DNA of 16,274 bases from Halodesulfurarchaeum sp. (GCA_042216015.1 JBDGUI010000047.1:1-16274), one strand, 5' to 3'; positions 1-8,604 are shown, counted from the first letter of the stretch. Notes: a model not told the origin generated them from the letters alone. Program-made: numbers and translations.

Positions 1-180
1 GCGCACAATGCGCGGCTTGATACGGATTTGTACAATCAACGAGCATTGACAGAAACTGTGAACTCTTCGATCAAACGCTCAATCCTCGATTCCGTGTCTG
101 CTCGGGCCTGGTACCGTCAATTCCGCGAGATCGTCCTCGCCGCCTCAGTTCACAACGTCAAACGGGCTGTGAAACCGTGA
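1..180 (+). CDS. IS5-family (haloarchaeal ISH-type) DDE transposase, C-terminal part; 5' end lies outside the window
   Basis: Frame 1 from base 1 reads AHNARLDTDLYNQRALTETVNSSIKRSILDSVSARAWYRQFREIVLAASVHNVKRAVKP*. This matches the Y-x2-R-x3-E-x6-K signature and the W..QFRE...HN C-terminus of haloarchaeal IS5 transposases. Not in the ORF track. Confidence 0.88.
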   Translation, partial: AHNARLDTDLYNQRALTETVNSSIKRSILDSVSARAWYRQFREIVLAASVHNVKRAVKP

Positions 181-211
181 TTCCTGCGCCCTCGGCGGAT
201 TCAATAGAGCC
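1..211 (+). mobile_element. Right end of an IS5-family insertion sequence, with putative terminal inverted repeat at ~196-211 (CGGATTCAATAGAGCC)
   Basis: Lies 15-30 nt after the transposase stop and resembles the ...TTCAACAGAGCC ends I recall from haloarchaeal IS5 elements. The left end is outside the window, so pairing and target duplication cannot be checked. Confidence 0.7.
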
Positions 212-272
212 GTGAGAAACAGAAGGTGAAGCAGAGCGGATGGGCGACGGGTCGAAGTGGTGGCGAAAACGT

Positions 273-401
273 CTATGCATAGCAGTTCGGGATCGAGTAC
301 CATACGTCGAAAACCCAGACATCCCCGCTCATCCGATCCTCCGAGAGCACAACCGTCTCCGTCGCTGTTTGCCCCGCCTCGAATCTAATACGGATCGTGA
401 A
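273..401 (-). pseudogene. Possible 3' fragment of an unknown gene
   Basis: Minus strand reads FTIRIRFEAGQTATETVVLSEDRMSGDVWVFDVWYSIPNCYA*. It is protein-like and acidic but is preceded by TAG TAG with no N-terminal start. No family recognised. Confidence 0.25.
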
Positions 402-414
402 CTACTACCACTGC

Positions 415-699
415 ATGAACATCGTCGAAGACCCCGACCACAGTGACGGTGCGCCGACGATCGAGGGCACCGGAATCAGGGTGAAAGATATCGCCTCTGC
501 CTCCGAGCACAGCGGGTACGAACCGGACGAAATCACCCAGCTGTATCCGGACCTTTCGCTCGTGGAGGGATCGGGAGTTGATCACGCCGGAATCATCTAC
601 GTGCAGCAAGCAGGACGGGACATCGGCGACGTGGTGAAGGCGATCGATTCACATCTCGAAAATCGTGCTGCCAGCGATCGGGGGATTCACTACTGTTAA
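415..699 (+). pseudogene. Chimeric TA remnant: DUF433 antitoxin N-terminus fused in frame to a DUF5615 PIN-like toxin C-terminus
   Basis: Residues 1-49 (MNIVEDPDHSDGAPTIEGTGIRVKDIAS...GYEPDEITQLYPDLSL) are DUF433-like but lack the final helix (usually ..DV..ALAYY). From ~562 the sequence becomes DHAGIIYVQQAGRDIGDVVKAIDSHL, like the HxGII-containing end of DUF5615 proteins. Confidence 0.7.
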
Positions 700-890
700 G
701 CTGTGGCAAATCAACGAACTGGGCCGTCGTCCGTGTGTATTCGAACGGTGAAGCTGGTGGACACCGGTTCTGGCAATCTAGGTTCCTCAATCTTCGCTAT
801 ACCCATCCGAGCTGACCAGTGGCGGAGTCCGATCCAGACCGCCGGACAGTCAGACACGGATTGAAGAACGATGCCGAGTAATTACTTCTT

Positions 891-1142
891 ATGGCCGCCG
901 AAATCTCCGACCGAGTTCGGGAAATAGCGGCGGCTCGCGGTCTCTCCGAGTCCGAAGTGTTCGAACAGGCCCTCGAACGCGGTCTGGAAGATCTGTGGGA
1001 GTCACTGGTACTCACTCGGTACCTCGAGGGGACGCTCGACCGCGAGGAGGCGGTCGAATACATCTGCTGAACGAACGTCAAGCGAGCGGAGCAAGAGCGT
1101 GAGGTCCTCGAGGAAGACGTGGATTGGGGCCTGAACGCGTGA
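891..1142 (+). pseudogene. Haloarchaeal antitoxin-like protein (RHH-like N-terminus) with an internal TGA at 1068-1070
   Basis: Reads MAAEISDRVREIAAARGLSESEVFEQALERGLEDLWESLVLTRYLEGTLDREEAVEYIC*TNVKRAEQEREVLEEDVDWGLNA*. Acidic coding character continues in the same frame past the stop. Missed by the ORF track (59 aa before the stop). Confidence 0.72.
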
Positions 1143-1174
1143 CGTTTGTCGTTGACTTTCCCGAAACAGTCTGA
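1139..1174 (+). pseudogene. Stub of a probable PIN-domain toxin gene
   Basis: GTG overlaps the antitoxin stop (GTGA) and gives MTFVVDFPETV*. The hydrophobic strand ending in Asp is the usual PIN N-terminus, and the rest is missing. Confidence 0.4.
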
Positions 1175-1242
1175 TACCGCTCGCCACTTCCTCCAACCCC
1201 CACACCGAAACACCTTCTCGTGAACCGCACCTCCCCCGGCCC

Positions 1243-1972
1243 ATGCGACTGGCGAGGGCCTGGACCGCCGAAGGCATCGTGACGGGCGAATACGACGACG
1301 GAGTGATCGTCACCGACAGCGAGCGGTATGCAGTCTATGATGGCGACGCCGAACTGCTCGCACCGACCGCGCCGACCGCGCTCTACTGCGTCGGTCGGAA
1401 CTACACGGAAACCATCGATCAGATGGACTACGACCGGCCCGACGAGCCGGATTTCTTCATCAAACCCCCCGGCCTCGGTCCATCCGCCCGAGACACCAAT
1501 CGAGTACCCGGCATTCACGGAAGAACTCAGCCACGCCGGGGAACTCGCGGCCGTGATCGGGGAGCGGGCCCACGACATCGCCCCCGAGGAGGTTCCATCG
1601 ATCCGCCGGGGATACACCATCATGAACGACCTCGACGCCCTCGACCAGCAGGGTCGAACCGCCCGGAAGGCCTTCGACGGGTCGGGGCCGCTCGGGCCGT
1701 GGATCGAAACCGACCTCGACCCGACCGATCTGGACATGCACACCGTCATCGACGGGGAGGGACGGCAGGAATCCAACACCGACCAGATGCGCTTTGACCC
1801 CTTCGAAGTCGTCTCCTTTCTTTCGCGACGATTCACCCTCGAACCCGGCGACGTTGTTTCCTTCGGCAGTCCGGCAAACCCCGGGACGGTCGGGCCCGGG
1901 GGCACCGTCGAAATCACCGACGAGAACATCGGCACGCTCCGAAACCCGGTCGTCGAGCACGGCGAAGTGTGA
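1243..1972 (+). pseudogene. Fumarylacetoacetate (FAH) hydrolase family protein, frameshifted at the C6 run 1465-1470
   Basis: The N-part (…LYCVGRNY…EPDFFIKPP) is in the 1243 frame. The C-part (PPASVHPPETPIEYP…GELAAVIG…GYTIMND…RKAFDGSGPLGPWI…LEPGDVVSFGSP) is in the 1328 frame. Removing one C joins them. Confidence 0.88.
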
Positions 1973-2105
1973 CCGTGAACAGTCGGTGAACGGGGCCCCA
2001 CCGATGGCAGGACATCCGGCCGTGGGTCAAACCCTTTAGGGCATGCCGGCGAATCACCGGTATGCACAACTCGGCCGTGCTGGAAGGTGCCCAGAGGCGG
2101 TGGCG

Positions 2106-3452
2106 ATGGTGAACGTCGCCCTCTCCGTCGGGCAACTCGTGCTCGCCCTCTTTCTGGTCCTCCTCAACGGCTTTTTCGTCGCCGCGGAGTTCGCCTTCGT
2201 CCGGGTGCGATCGACCTCGGTGGAACAGCTCGTGGCGGAAGGACGGGCCGGCTCGTCGGCGCTCCAGGGCGTGATGGACGGCCTCGACGATTACCTCGCG
2301 GTGTCCCAGCTCGGCATCACGATCTCCTCCCTGGGACTGGGGTGGGTCGGGGAACCCGCCGTCGCCTCGCTCATCGAACCCGTCGCCGGGGCCTACCTTC
2401 CGGCGAACCTCGTTCACCTCGTCGCCTTCGGCATCGGCTTCGGGATCATCACCTTCTTCCACGTGGTCTTCGGCGAACTCGCCCCCAAGACCATCGCGAT
2501 CGCCCGGGCCGAGCGGCTCTCCCTGCTCGTGGCCGGCCCGATGCGGGTTTTCTATTATCTGTTCTACCCCGGGATCGTCCTCTTCAACGGGACGGCGAAC
2601 GCCTTCACCAGGCTGGTGGGGGTCCCGCCGGCCTCGGAGGCTCACGAGACCTTCGAGGAGCGGGAGATCCGCCGGGTGCTCTCCCGCTCGGGGAGGGAGG
2701 GCAACGTCGACATGGCGGAGGTCGAGATGATCGAGCGGGTCTTCGAACTGGACGACACCGTCGTCCGGGAGATCATGGTGCCACGGCCGGACGTCGTGAC
2801 GGTCTCGAGGGACGCCACGCTCGCGGAGTTCAGGGAGACCGTCCTCGAGTCCGGTCACACCCGCTATCCGGTCCTCGGCAGCGGGGACGAACAGCTCGTC
2901 GGCTTCCTCGACGTCAAGGACGTCCTTCGGGTGGCCGGGACGGACGAGGCGGCGAGTACCCGGGCCGGGGACCTCGCCCGGGACCTCCTCGCCGTTCCGG
3001 AGTCGACGCCGCTCAACGAGTTGCTCCTGCAGTTCCGGAGCGAGCGTCAGCAGGTCGCCGCCGTCATCGACGAGTGGGGCGCCTTCGAGGGGCTGGTGAC
3101 CGTCGAGGACGCGGTGGAGGCGATCGTCGGCGACCTCCGGGACGACTTCGACGCCGACGAACCCACCTTCTCGATCAAGCCGCTTTCTGAGGGGGGCTAT
3201 GAGATCCACGGGAGTGTTCCCCTCGATGAGGTGAACGACGCGCTCGACGTGCACTTCGAGAGCGAGAGCTACGAGACCATCGGCGGGGTGGTCCTCGACG
3301 CGCTCGGACAGGCCCCCGAGCCCGGCGATTGCGTCACGCTCGAGGGGTACGATTTCGAGGTGACGGCCGTCGACGGAACGCGGATCGCGACGATCCGGGT
3401 CACCGAGGTCGGGACAGAATCCGAGCCGAGCGGGGAGGAATCCGCGGACTGA
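2106..3452 (+). CDS. Hemolysin-family/CNNM (DUF21) + CBS pair + CorC_HlyC domain protein, probable Mg2+/divalent metal transporter
   Basis: Motifs LNGFFVAAEFAFVRVR, QLGITISSLGLGWVGEP, VFGELAPK, VREIMVPRPD, GHTRYPV, VIDEWGAFEGLVTVED and YETIGGVV. Start placed at ATG 2106, after SD-like GAGGCGG, rather than at 2043. Confidence 0.95.
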   Translation: MVNVALSVGQLVLALFLVLLNGFFVAAEFAFVRVRSTSVEQLVAEGRAGSSALQGVMDGLDDYLAVSQLGITISSLGLGWVGEPAVASLIEPVAGAYLPANLVHLVAFGIGFGIITFFHVVFGELAPKTIAIARAERLSLLVAGPMRVFYYLFYPGIVLFNGTANAFTRLVGVPPASEAHETFEEREIRRVLSRSGREGNVDMAEVEMIERVFELDDTVVREIMVPRPDVVTVSRDATLAEFRETVLESGHTRYPVLGSGDEQLVGFLDVKDVLRVAGTDEAASTRAGDLARDLLAVPESTPLNELLLQFRSERQQVAAVIDEWGAFEGLVTVEDAVEAIVGDLRDDFDADEPTFSIKPLSEGGYEIHGSVPLDEVNDALDVHFESESYETIGGVVLDALGQAPEPGDCVTLEGYDFEVTAVDGTRIATIRVTEVGTESEPSGEESAD

Positions 3453-3569
3453 CAGGCCCGTGGCTCGCGGAGAGCATCCGGAGAAGGGCTGGAGCTCGTT
3501 CGTGAGGCCCGCCACCAGCGTTTTCCCCGGCCGTGAGAGACATCCCGCTCCGGCTCCCATCCTCCGACG

Positions 3570-4050
3570 ATGGAACCGGTACTCGTCTCCGACGATGCCT
3601 GTGGGCTCTGCACCCGGTGGGCCGACTTGATCGGGGCCAACACGGCGATCAGGCCCGTGGGATTTTCCACCCTCTCCCCGGAGCGAGGCGACCGGCTCCC
3701 CGCGAATGCGGATCGGTGTGTGCACCTGCTCGCGGACGGCCGGGTCTACTCCTGTGGCGAGGCGGTCGAGGCGGCCATCGCCCGGCTCGATTTCGTGCCG
3801 TCGGGGCTGCAGAACCCGGGTCCGATCCGTCGAAGCGGGCCCTACCGGTATCCGCGAGCGGGCCTATCGCCTGGTTGCCGAGCACCGAGCGGAACTCTCC
3901 ACGATCACCGCCGTGTCTTCCACGATCGCCTCCGGGCTCTCCACGATCACTTCCTGGTCATCCCCGCGCTCCTCCCGCCTCTCGACGATCACCTCCCAGA
4001 TTTCACGGATCGTTTCGACGGTTTCCCGGACAGTGCGGGGTTTCGGATAG
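3570..4050 (+). pseudogene. DCC1-like (DUF393) thiol-disulfide oxidoreductase, frameshifted near 3845-3850
   Basis: The N-part has DDACGLC and HLLADGRVYSCGEAVEAA. The expected C-terminal IRERAYRLVAEHR is in a different frame (the 3706 ORF), which stops at 4048-4050. Confidence 0.78.
3895..4041. repeat. Degenerate 21-bp tandem repeat, up to 7 units
   Basis: Units are CTCTCCACGATCACCGCCGTG / TCTTCCACGATCGCCTCCGGG / CTCTCCACGATCACTTCCTGG / TCATCCCCGCGCTCCTCCCGC / CTCTCGACGATCACCTCCCAG / ATTTCACGGATCGTTTCGACG / GTTTCCCGGACAGTGCGGGGT. Units 1, 2, 3 and 5 are clearly related; the others are weak. Confidence 0.75.
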
Positions 4051-4108
4051 GCATCAGATCGGGTTCGTCCCGGGTCCGAGGAGCCTGCGTCGACGTCACC
4101 GACTCGAC

Positions 4109-4729
4109 CTACCGGTCCCGGTGTCGAAAGGTTCGGATCGTATCCCGGGGCCCGGCTTCGACCTCGACCGCCTCGAACCCCTCGTTCGTGAACACGCGAT
4201 CCCAGTCGCGATAGTAGAGCGGCAGGTCCGCCTCGACGAAGTTCACGTCCGAGGCGTTCCCGTCCGGGTCGTCGCTTCCCTCGTTTTCGACGGTGATCAG
4301 GAGGTCGGCGGTGATCCGTGCCAGTTCGCCGAACACCCACGCGCTTTCGGGGTGGACGTGCTGGAGGGTCTCGACGGAGAAGACGACGTCGAACCGGTCG
4401 GTCTCGAACTCCCGCACGACCGATTCGATCGAGCGATAGTGGACGGTCGCCGTCTCGGCGAGGTCCGGGAAGGTCGCCGCCATCACGTCGCCGGCGTCCT
4501 CGTTGAGTTCGACGCCGGTCAGATCGGTGTACCCGCTCTCGAGGAGGGCCGCGAGATGTCGGCCGGAACTGCACCCGACCTCCAGGATGGCGGGGTCGGG
4601 ACCCAGCTTGGCCTCGATGGTCTCCCGGATCGACTCGCTGGCGCCGTCGGCCCCGTAGTGGGCGTAGTATGCCGGCGAATACTCGCCGGAGCGACCGGCC
4701 CACTCCTGTCGGACGTCCTGTGAATCCAC
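4109..4729 (-). CDS. Class I SAM-dependent methyltransferase
   Basis: Motif I ILEVGCSSGRHL, then LTGVELN and FDVVFSVETLQHVHP. GTG start with TTTAGG box upstream. Confidence 0.93.
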   Translation of the reverse strand: MDSQDVRQEWAGRSGEYSPAYYAHYGADGASESIRETIEAKLGPDPAILEVGCSSGRHLAALLESGYTDLTGVELNEDAGDVMAATFPDLAETATVHYRSIESVVREFETDRFDVVFSVETLQHVHPESAWVFGELARITADLLITVENEGSDDPDGNASDVNFVEADLPLYYRDWDRVFTNEGFEAVEVEAGPRDTIRTFRHRDR

Positions 4730-4793
4730 GGCGAGAATCCGGGCGGAAGCCCTAAAGTCCCGTCGGCAGCGGCCCGTGCTGAGTGGCTGACGG

Positions 4794-4973
4794 CTATTCG
4801 TGCTCCTCGATGACGGCCTCGAGTTCGTCGGCGCACTTGTTGATGCCGTCGGAGGCCTCGATCAACCCGAGGCTCATCCGGTCGTCCGCCCGTTCGCGAA
4901 ACTGATCGACCAGGTCCTGCAACGCCTCGATCGGAACGTGCCCCCGGTCATTGCCGTTGTCCGTGTCTGTCAT
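4794..4973 (-). CDS. Small acidic helical hypothetical protein (59 aa)
   Basis: MTDTDNGNDRGHVPIEALQDLVDQFRERADDRMSLGLIEASDGINKCADELEAVIEEHE. Haloarchaeal codon bias and a strong TTTAAG box ~27-30 nt upstream of ATG 4973. Confidence 0.8.
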   Translation of the reverse strand: MTDTDNGNDRGHVPIEALQDLVDQFRERADDRMSLGLIEASDGINKCADELEAVIEEHE

Positions 4974-5140
4974 CGATTCGAGTAGGGCGCCAGCCCCTCT
5001 TAAATCCACAGTCCCGCCCGACCCTGGCGGCCGGTGTCCCGAAGCCGAGTGTGTTTCTCAGGATCCAACGAATAACACAGCGTTAATACGATCCGCCGGC
5101 GGATTTTCGGACGGACACAGACGGGTGTCGAGCCGAAACC

Positions 5141-6478
5141 ATGGCGGATGCATACGATCTCATCATCGTCGGCGGGGGCATCAGCGGGGCATCGTTACTG
5201 TACGCAATCTCCCACTTCTCGGACGTCGAGACGGTCGCGCTGTTCGAGAAGGAATCGGAGATCGGCGCAATAAACACCGCTCACACCAACAACTCACAGA
5301 CCCTCCACTTCGGGGACATCGAGACGAACTACTCCCTCGAGAAGGCCCGGTCGGTGAAGGAGGGCGCCGAGACGCTCGCCGGGTATCTCGAGGCGGCAGA
5401 CCCCGACCGGGAGATGCACGCGCGGCGCTCGAAGATGGTCATCGCGGTCGGGGAGGAGGAGGTCGACCGGCTGGAGCGCCGGTATCACGACCGCGGGTTC
5501 GGCGACCTCTACCCGAAGCTGGAACTGATCGATCGGGAACGGATCGCGGAACTCGAGCCGGCCGTCGTCGAGGGCCGGGATCCGGACGTTCCCCTCCGGG
5601 CGCTCTTTACGCCGGACGGCTACGTCGTCGATTACGGGGCGACGGCGAAATCCCTCGTCGCGGCGGCCCGTGAGGAGTCTGGCGTCGACGTCTACACCGG
5701 CACGGCCGTCGAGGGCATCGTCGAGACCGCCGACGGGTACGCGGTCAGGACCGAGGAGGGGACGGCGATGGCCGAGGGGATCGTCGTGAGCGCGGGCTCA
5801 CACAGCCTCCAGTTCGCAAAGCAACTGGGCTACGGCGAGGACATGGTCCTCCTGCCCATCGCGGGGAGCTTCTTCCTGGCCGAGGACTTCCTCAACGGGA
5901 AGGTCTACACGCTGCAGATGGCGAAGTTGCCCTTCGCGGCCGTCCACGGTGACGCCGACGTGCACGACGCCAGCGTGACCCGGTTCGGCCCGACGGCGAA
6001 GCCGGTCCCGGCACTCGAACGCGGGGAACTGGACACCGTCGGGGACTTCTTCGACGTCTTCGGCCTCGACTGGGACTCGATCGCGAGTTACGCGAACATC
6101 CTCGCGGACAGGGTGCTCTTGCCATACGTGCTCCGGAACCTCGTCTATGACCTCCCGGGACTGGGCACCCGGGCGTTCCTCCCACAGGTAAAGAAGGTCG
6201 TCCCCAGTGCGACCATCGAGGACATCGAGCCGGCCCGGGGCTACGGCGGCATTCGACCGCAGATCGTCGACACGAGCGCGCGGACGCTCGACATGGGCGA
6301 GGCGACGATCGAGGGCGAGGACATCATCTTCAACATCACCCCCTCGCCCGGCGCGTCGACGTGTCTCAAGAACGCTCGCCGGGACGCCAAATCGGTGGTC
6401 GAGTTCCTCGACGGGGATCACACCTTCGACGAGGACGCCTTCCACGAGGCGACCCTCGATCACTTCCCACGGGCCTGA
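5141..6478 (+). CDS. mqo: Malate:quinone oxidoreductase (Helicobacter/epsilon-type), FAD-dependent
   Basis: DLIIVGGGISG Rossmann motif, NNSQTLHFGDIETNYSLEKA, KMVIAVGEEE, GKVYTLQMAKLPFAAVHGD, TRFGPTA, GYGGIRPQ and FNITPSPGASTCL, all characteristic of this MQO subfamily. Confidence 0.85.
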   Translation: MADAYDLIIVGGGISGASLLYAISHFSDVETVALFEKESEIGAINTAHTNNSQTLHFGDIETNYSLEKARSVKEGAETLAGYLEAADPDREMHARRSKMVIAVGEEEVDRLERRYHDRGFGDLYPKLELIDRERIAELEPAVVEGRDPDVPLRALFTPDGYVVDYGATAKSLVAAAREESGVDVYTGTAVEGIVETADGYAVRTEEGTAMAEGIVVSAGSHSLQFAKQLGYGEDMVLLPIAGSFFLAEDFLNGKVYTLQMAKLPFAAVHGDADVHDASVTRFGPTAKPVPALERGELDTVGDFFDVFGLDWDSIASYANILADRVLLPYVLRNLVYDLPGLGTRAFLPQVKKVVPSATIEDIEPARGYGGIRPQIVDTSARTLDMGEATIEGEDIIFNITPSPGASTCLKNARRDAKSVVEFLDGDHTFDEDAFHEATLDHFPRA

Positions 6479-6675
6479 AACGAGGAAGAGCCGGTGTCGG
6501 ACCAATTCGCCGGTTCCCAAACACGGACGGGGTGGCCGGACGCCAGAAGCCGGGCAGGGGTCGAAGGACGGACAGATCTCGCCAACGGCCGATCGGGCCG
6601 ACCGGCTGGCGGCGTCGCCTGCCGGCATTCTCTCGAACAGAATTCCTTTGTCAGTACCCCGGTTAGGCACCGGTA

Positions 6676-8148
6676 GTGGCCCCACAGCTTCGACACCTCC
6701 GGACCGCCCTCTCCAACCCGATACGGGCGCTCCTCGTCGGCATCGGGATGGTGCTCGCCAGACTCGGCCTCATCACCGAGGAGCGGGCCACCCAGACGGT
6801 GGACCTCGCGTGGCCACGAATCCTGACCGGCATCGCCCGCATGTCGAAAAACGCCGCCGACGTGGCGATGGTGGGGTTCGCGCTCGGGCCCGCCGCGATC
6901 AACGGCGTCGGATTCGCCACCCCCTACTGGGGGGTCGCCTTCAGCATCGGGGGCGGGCTCGCGGCCGGGACGATCGCGCTGGTCTCCCAGCGCTACGGGG
7001 CCGACCGGTTCGACCAGCTGGGCCAGGCGGTGCGGTCGAGTGTGGCGTTGCTTCTCGTGGTGACGATCCCCGTCGCGGCGATCTTCTGGCTCGTTCCGGA
7101 GCAACTGGTTTCGGTCCTCACGAACGTGCCCGTCGAGATCGGATACGGGGGACGCTACCTTCACATTCTGGCCCTCGGGGTCCCGTTCGCGTCGCTGAAC
7201 CTGATCGGCAGCCGGGCGCTCATCGGGGTCGATGACGCCTGGATACCGATGATCCTTCGCGGGGGCGGCGCGATCGCGAACATCGTCCTCAACGCCGTCT
7301 TCATCTTCGGGCTCGGGATGGGGGTGGCCGGGGCCGCGTGGGGCACGGTCCTCGCGAACGTGCTCGTCACGAGTTCGCTGGCGATCGGCCTGGCACGGGG
7401 CGGCCTGCCGCTCGTGGGGGCGTTCCCGGTCACGGTCGACCCGGTCGGTCGGTACGTCCACCTCGAGACGTTCAGGGATCTGATCTCGATCGGCACCCCC
7501 GTGATCGGGCGGAACTCCGTCTGGACGCTGGCGCGGTTTCCTGCGCTCGCCTTCGTCGCCATGTTCGGCCAGCAGGTCACCGCGGCGTACATCATCACCC
7601 GTCGGATCTGGGGCGTGATGAACACCCCCGGGTGGGGGTTCGGGCTCGCCGCGAGCAGTCTCGTCGGCCAGGAACTGGGAAAGGGTCGGGAGGCGATCGC
7701 CGAGGCCTACGGCCACGAGATCACCCGGTTCTCGGTGGCGACCTACGCGGTCTCGGCATTCGCCATCGCCCTCTTTGCCGAACCGATCGTCGCGCTCTTC
7801 ATCGGGTCGCGGACCGATCCGGCGATCCCGATCGCGGTGCCAATGGTCTACGTGGCCGCCGTTGCGATCGTCCCGCAGGGGGTGACGAGCACCATCGCGG
7901 GCGCCCTGGACGCGACCGGAGACACCCGCTGGCCGTTCTACAGCCGCGCACTCGGGATGTTCGGCTTTTCGATCCCCGTGCTGTATCTCGGGGCGACCAC
8001 GCCGCTCGGGATCTGGGGGATCTACCTCTCCTTCTTCGGGGAGACGGCCGTCTCGGCGGTCATCAATTACTACCGGTTCTGGACGGGCAAGTGGAAGGCG
8101 ATCAGTCGGGGGTATCGACCCGACATCTCGACGACGGTGGACGATTGA
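6676..8148 (+). CDS. MATE family efflux transporter
   Basis: About 12 hydrophobic segments with LAWP, DVAMVG, ALVSQRYGA, NIVLNAVFIFGLGMGVAGAAWGT, LVGQELG and GALDATGDTRWP. Confidence 0.95.
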   Translation: MAPQLRHLRTALSNPIRALLVGIGMVLARLGLITEERATQTVDLAWPRILTGIARMSKNAADVAMVGFALGPAAINGVGFATPYWGVAFSIGGGLAAGTIALVSQRYGADRFDQLGQAVRSSVALLLVVTIPVAAIFWLVPEQLVSVLTNVPVEIGYGGRYLHILALGVPFASLNLIGSRALIGVDDAWIPMILRGGGAIANIVLNAVFIFGLGMGVAGAAWGTVLANVLVTSSLAIGLARGGLPLVGAFPVTVDPVGRYVHLETFRDLISIGTPVIGRNSVWTLARFPALAFVAMFGQQVTAAYIITRRIWGVMNTPGWGFGLAASSLVGQELGKGREAIAEAYGHEITRFSVATYAVSAFAIALFAEPIVALFIGSRTDPAIPIAVPMVYVAAVAIVPQGVTSTIAGALDATGDTRWPFYSRALGMFGFSIPVLYLGATTPLGIWGIYLSFFGETAVSAVINYYRFWTGKWKAISRGYRPDISTTVDD

Positions 8149-8165
8149 GGTGGGCCACGACAGAA

Positions 8166-8555
8166 TCAGTAGACGGTGTAACTCGTCGACTCGACGTCGA
8201 TTCTCACGAGCGTGTTCTGTGAGAAGGCGTCGGGTTCGACGCCGTACTTCGCGTTGATCTCGCGTCGCACCCGGGTCTCCTCGACCTCGGCCTCGACGAC
8301 CTCGGCGGTCCCGAGGAGGGTGGCCATCCACGCCGGTATGCCCGCCTCGGCCTTCTGGACCGAGAGGGCCACCCGGGGATTCTCCCGGATGTTTGCGAGT
8401 TTCTTACCCCGGGTGGTCAACTCGACGACGCCGTCCTCGTACTGGTACCAGAGCGGGGCGACGTGGGGCCTGTCCTCGACGCTCGTGGCGAGGAACGCGG
8501 CCAGCGGTTCGGACTGGAGCAGTGACTCGGCCTCCTCCGGGACGGTCTCGGCCAT
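8166..8555 (-). CDS. Pyridoxamine 5'-phosphate oxidase-like (split-barrel, possibly F420-binding) protein
   Basis: AFLATSVEDRPHVAPLWY and KKLANIRENPRVALSV. Confidence 0.9.
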   Translation of the reverse strand: MAETVPEEAESLLQSEPLAAFLATSVEDRPHVAPLWYQYEDGVVELTTRGKKLANIRENPRVALSVQKAEAGIPAWMATLLGTAEVVEAEVEETRVRREINAKYGVEPDAFSQNTLVRIDVESTSYTVY

Positions 8556-8604
8556 GGCGACACTGTGTCACGCACCGACAAAAAGCCCCGGCTCCGCGAC
8601 CGTC

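Noticed and set aside
700..890. Short ORFs between the two TA remnants (e.g. 593-790 on the minus strand)
   Set aside because: No recognisable motif and weak codon bias, so no feature can be supported.
1065..1070. TGC-TGA as a Cys-Sec motif (selenocysteine readthrough)
   Set aside because: Halobacteria are not known to use Sec, the protein is not a redox family, and its partner gene is deleted. A nonsense mutation is simpler.
1461..1472. Programmed ribosomal frameshift at AAA CCC CCC in the FAH gene
   Set aside because: I know of no recoding in this family. A one-base homopolymer insertion explains it, and the gene shows other likely decay.
3895..4041. The repeat as a CRISPR array
   Set aside because: Units are contiguous, degenerate 21-mers with no unique spacers, and no cas genes are present.
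3570..4214. 214-aa DCC1 protein with a His-rich metal-binding tail
   Set aside because: The tail results from the frameshift and runs ~100 nt into the convergent methyltransferase gene. The conserved DCC1 C-terminus is in another frame.
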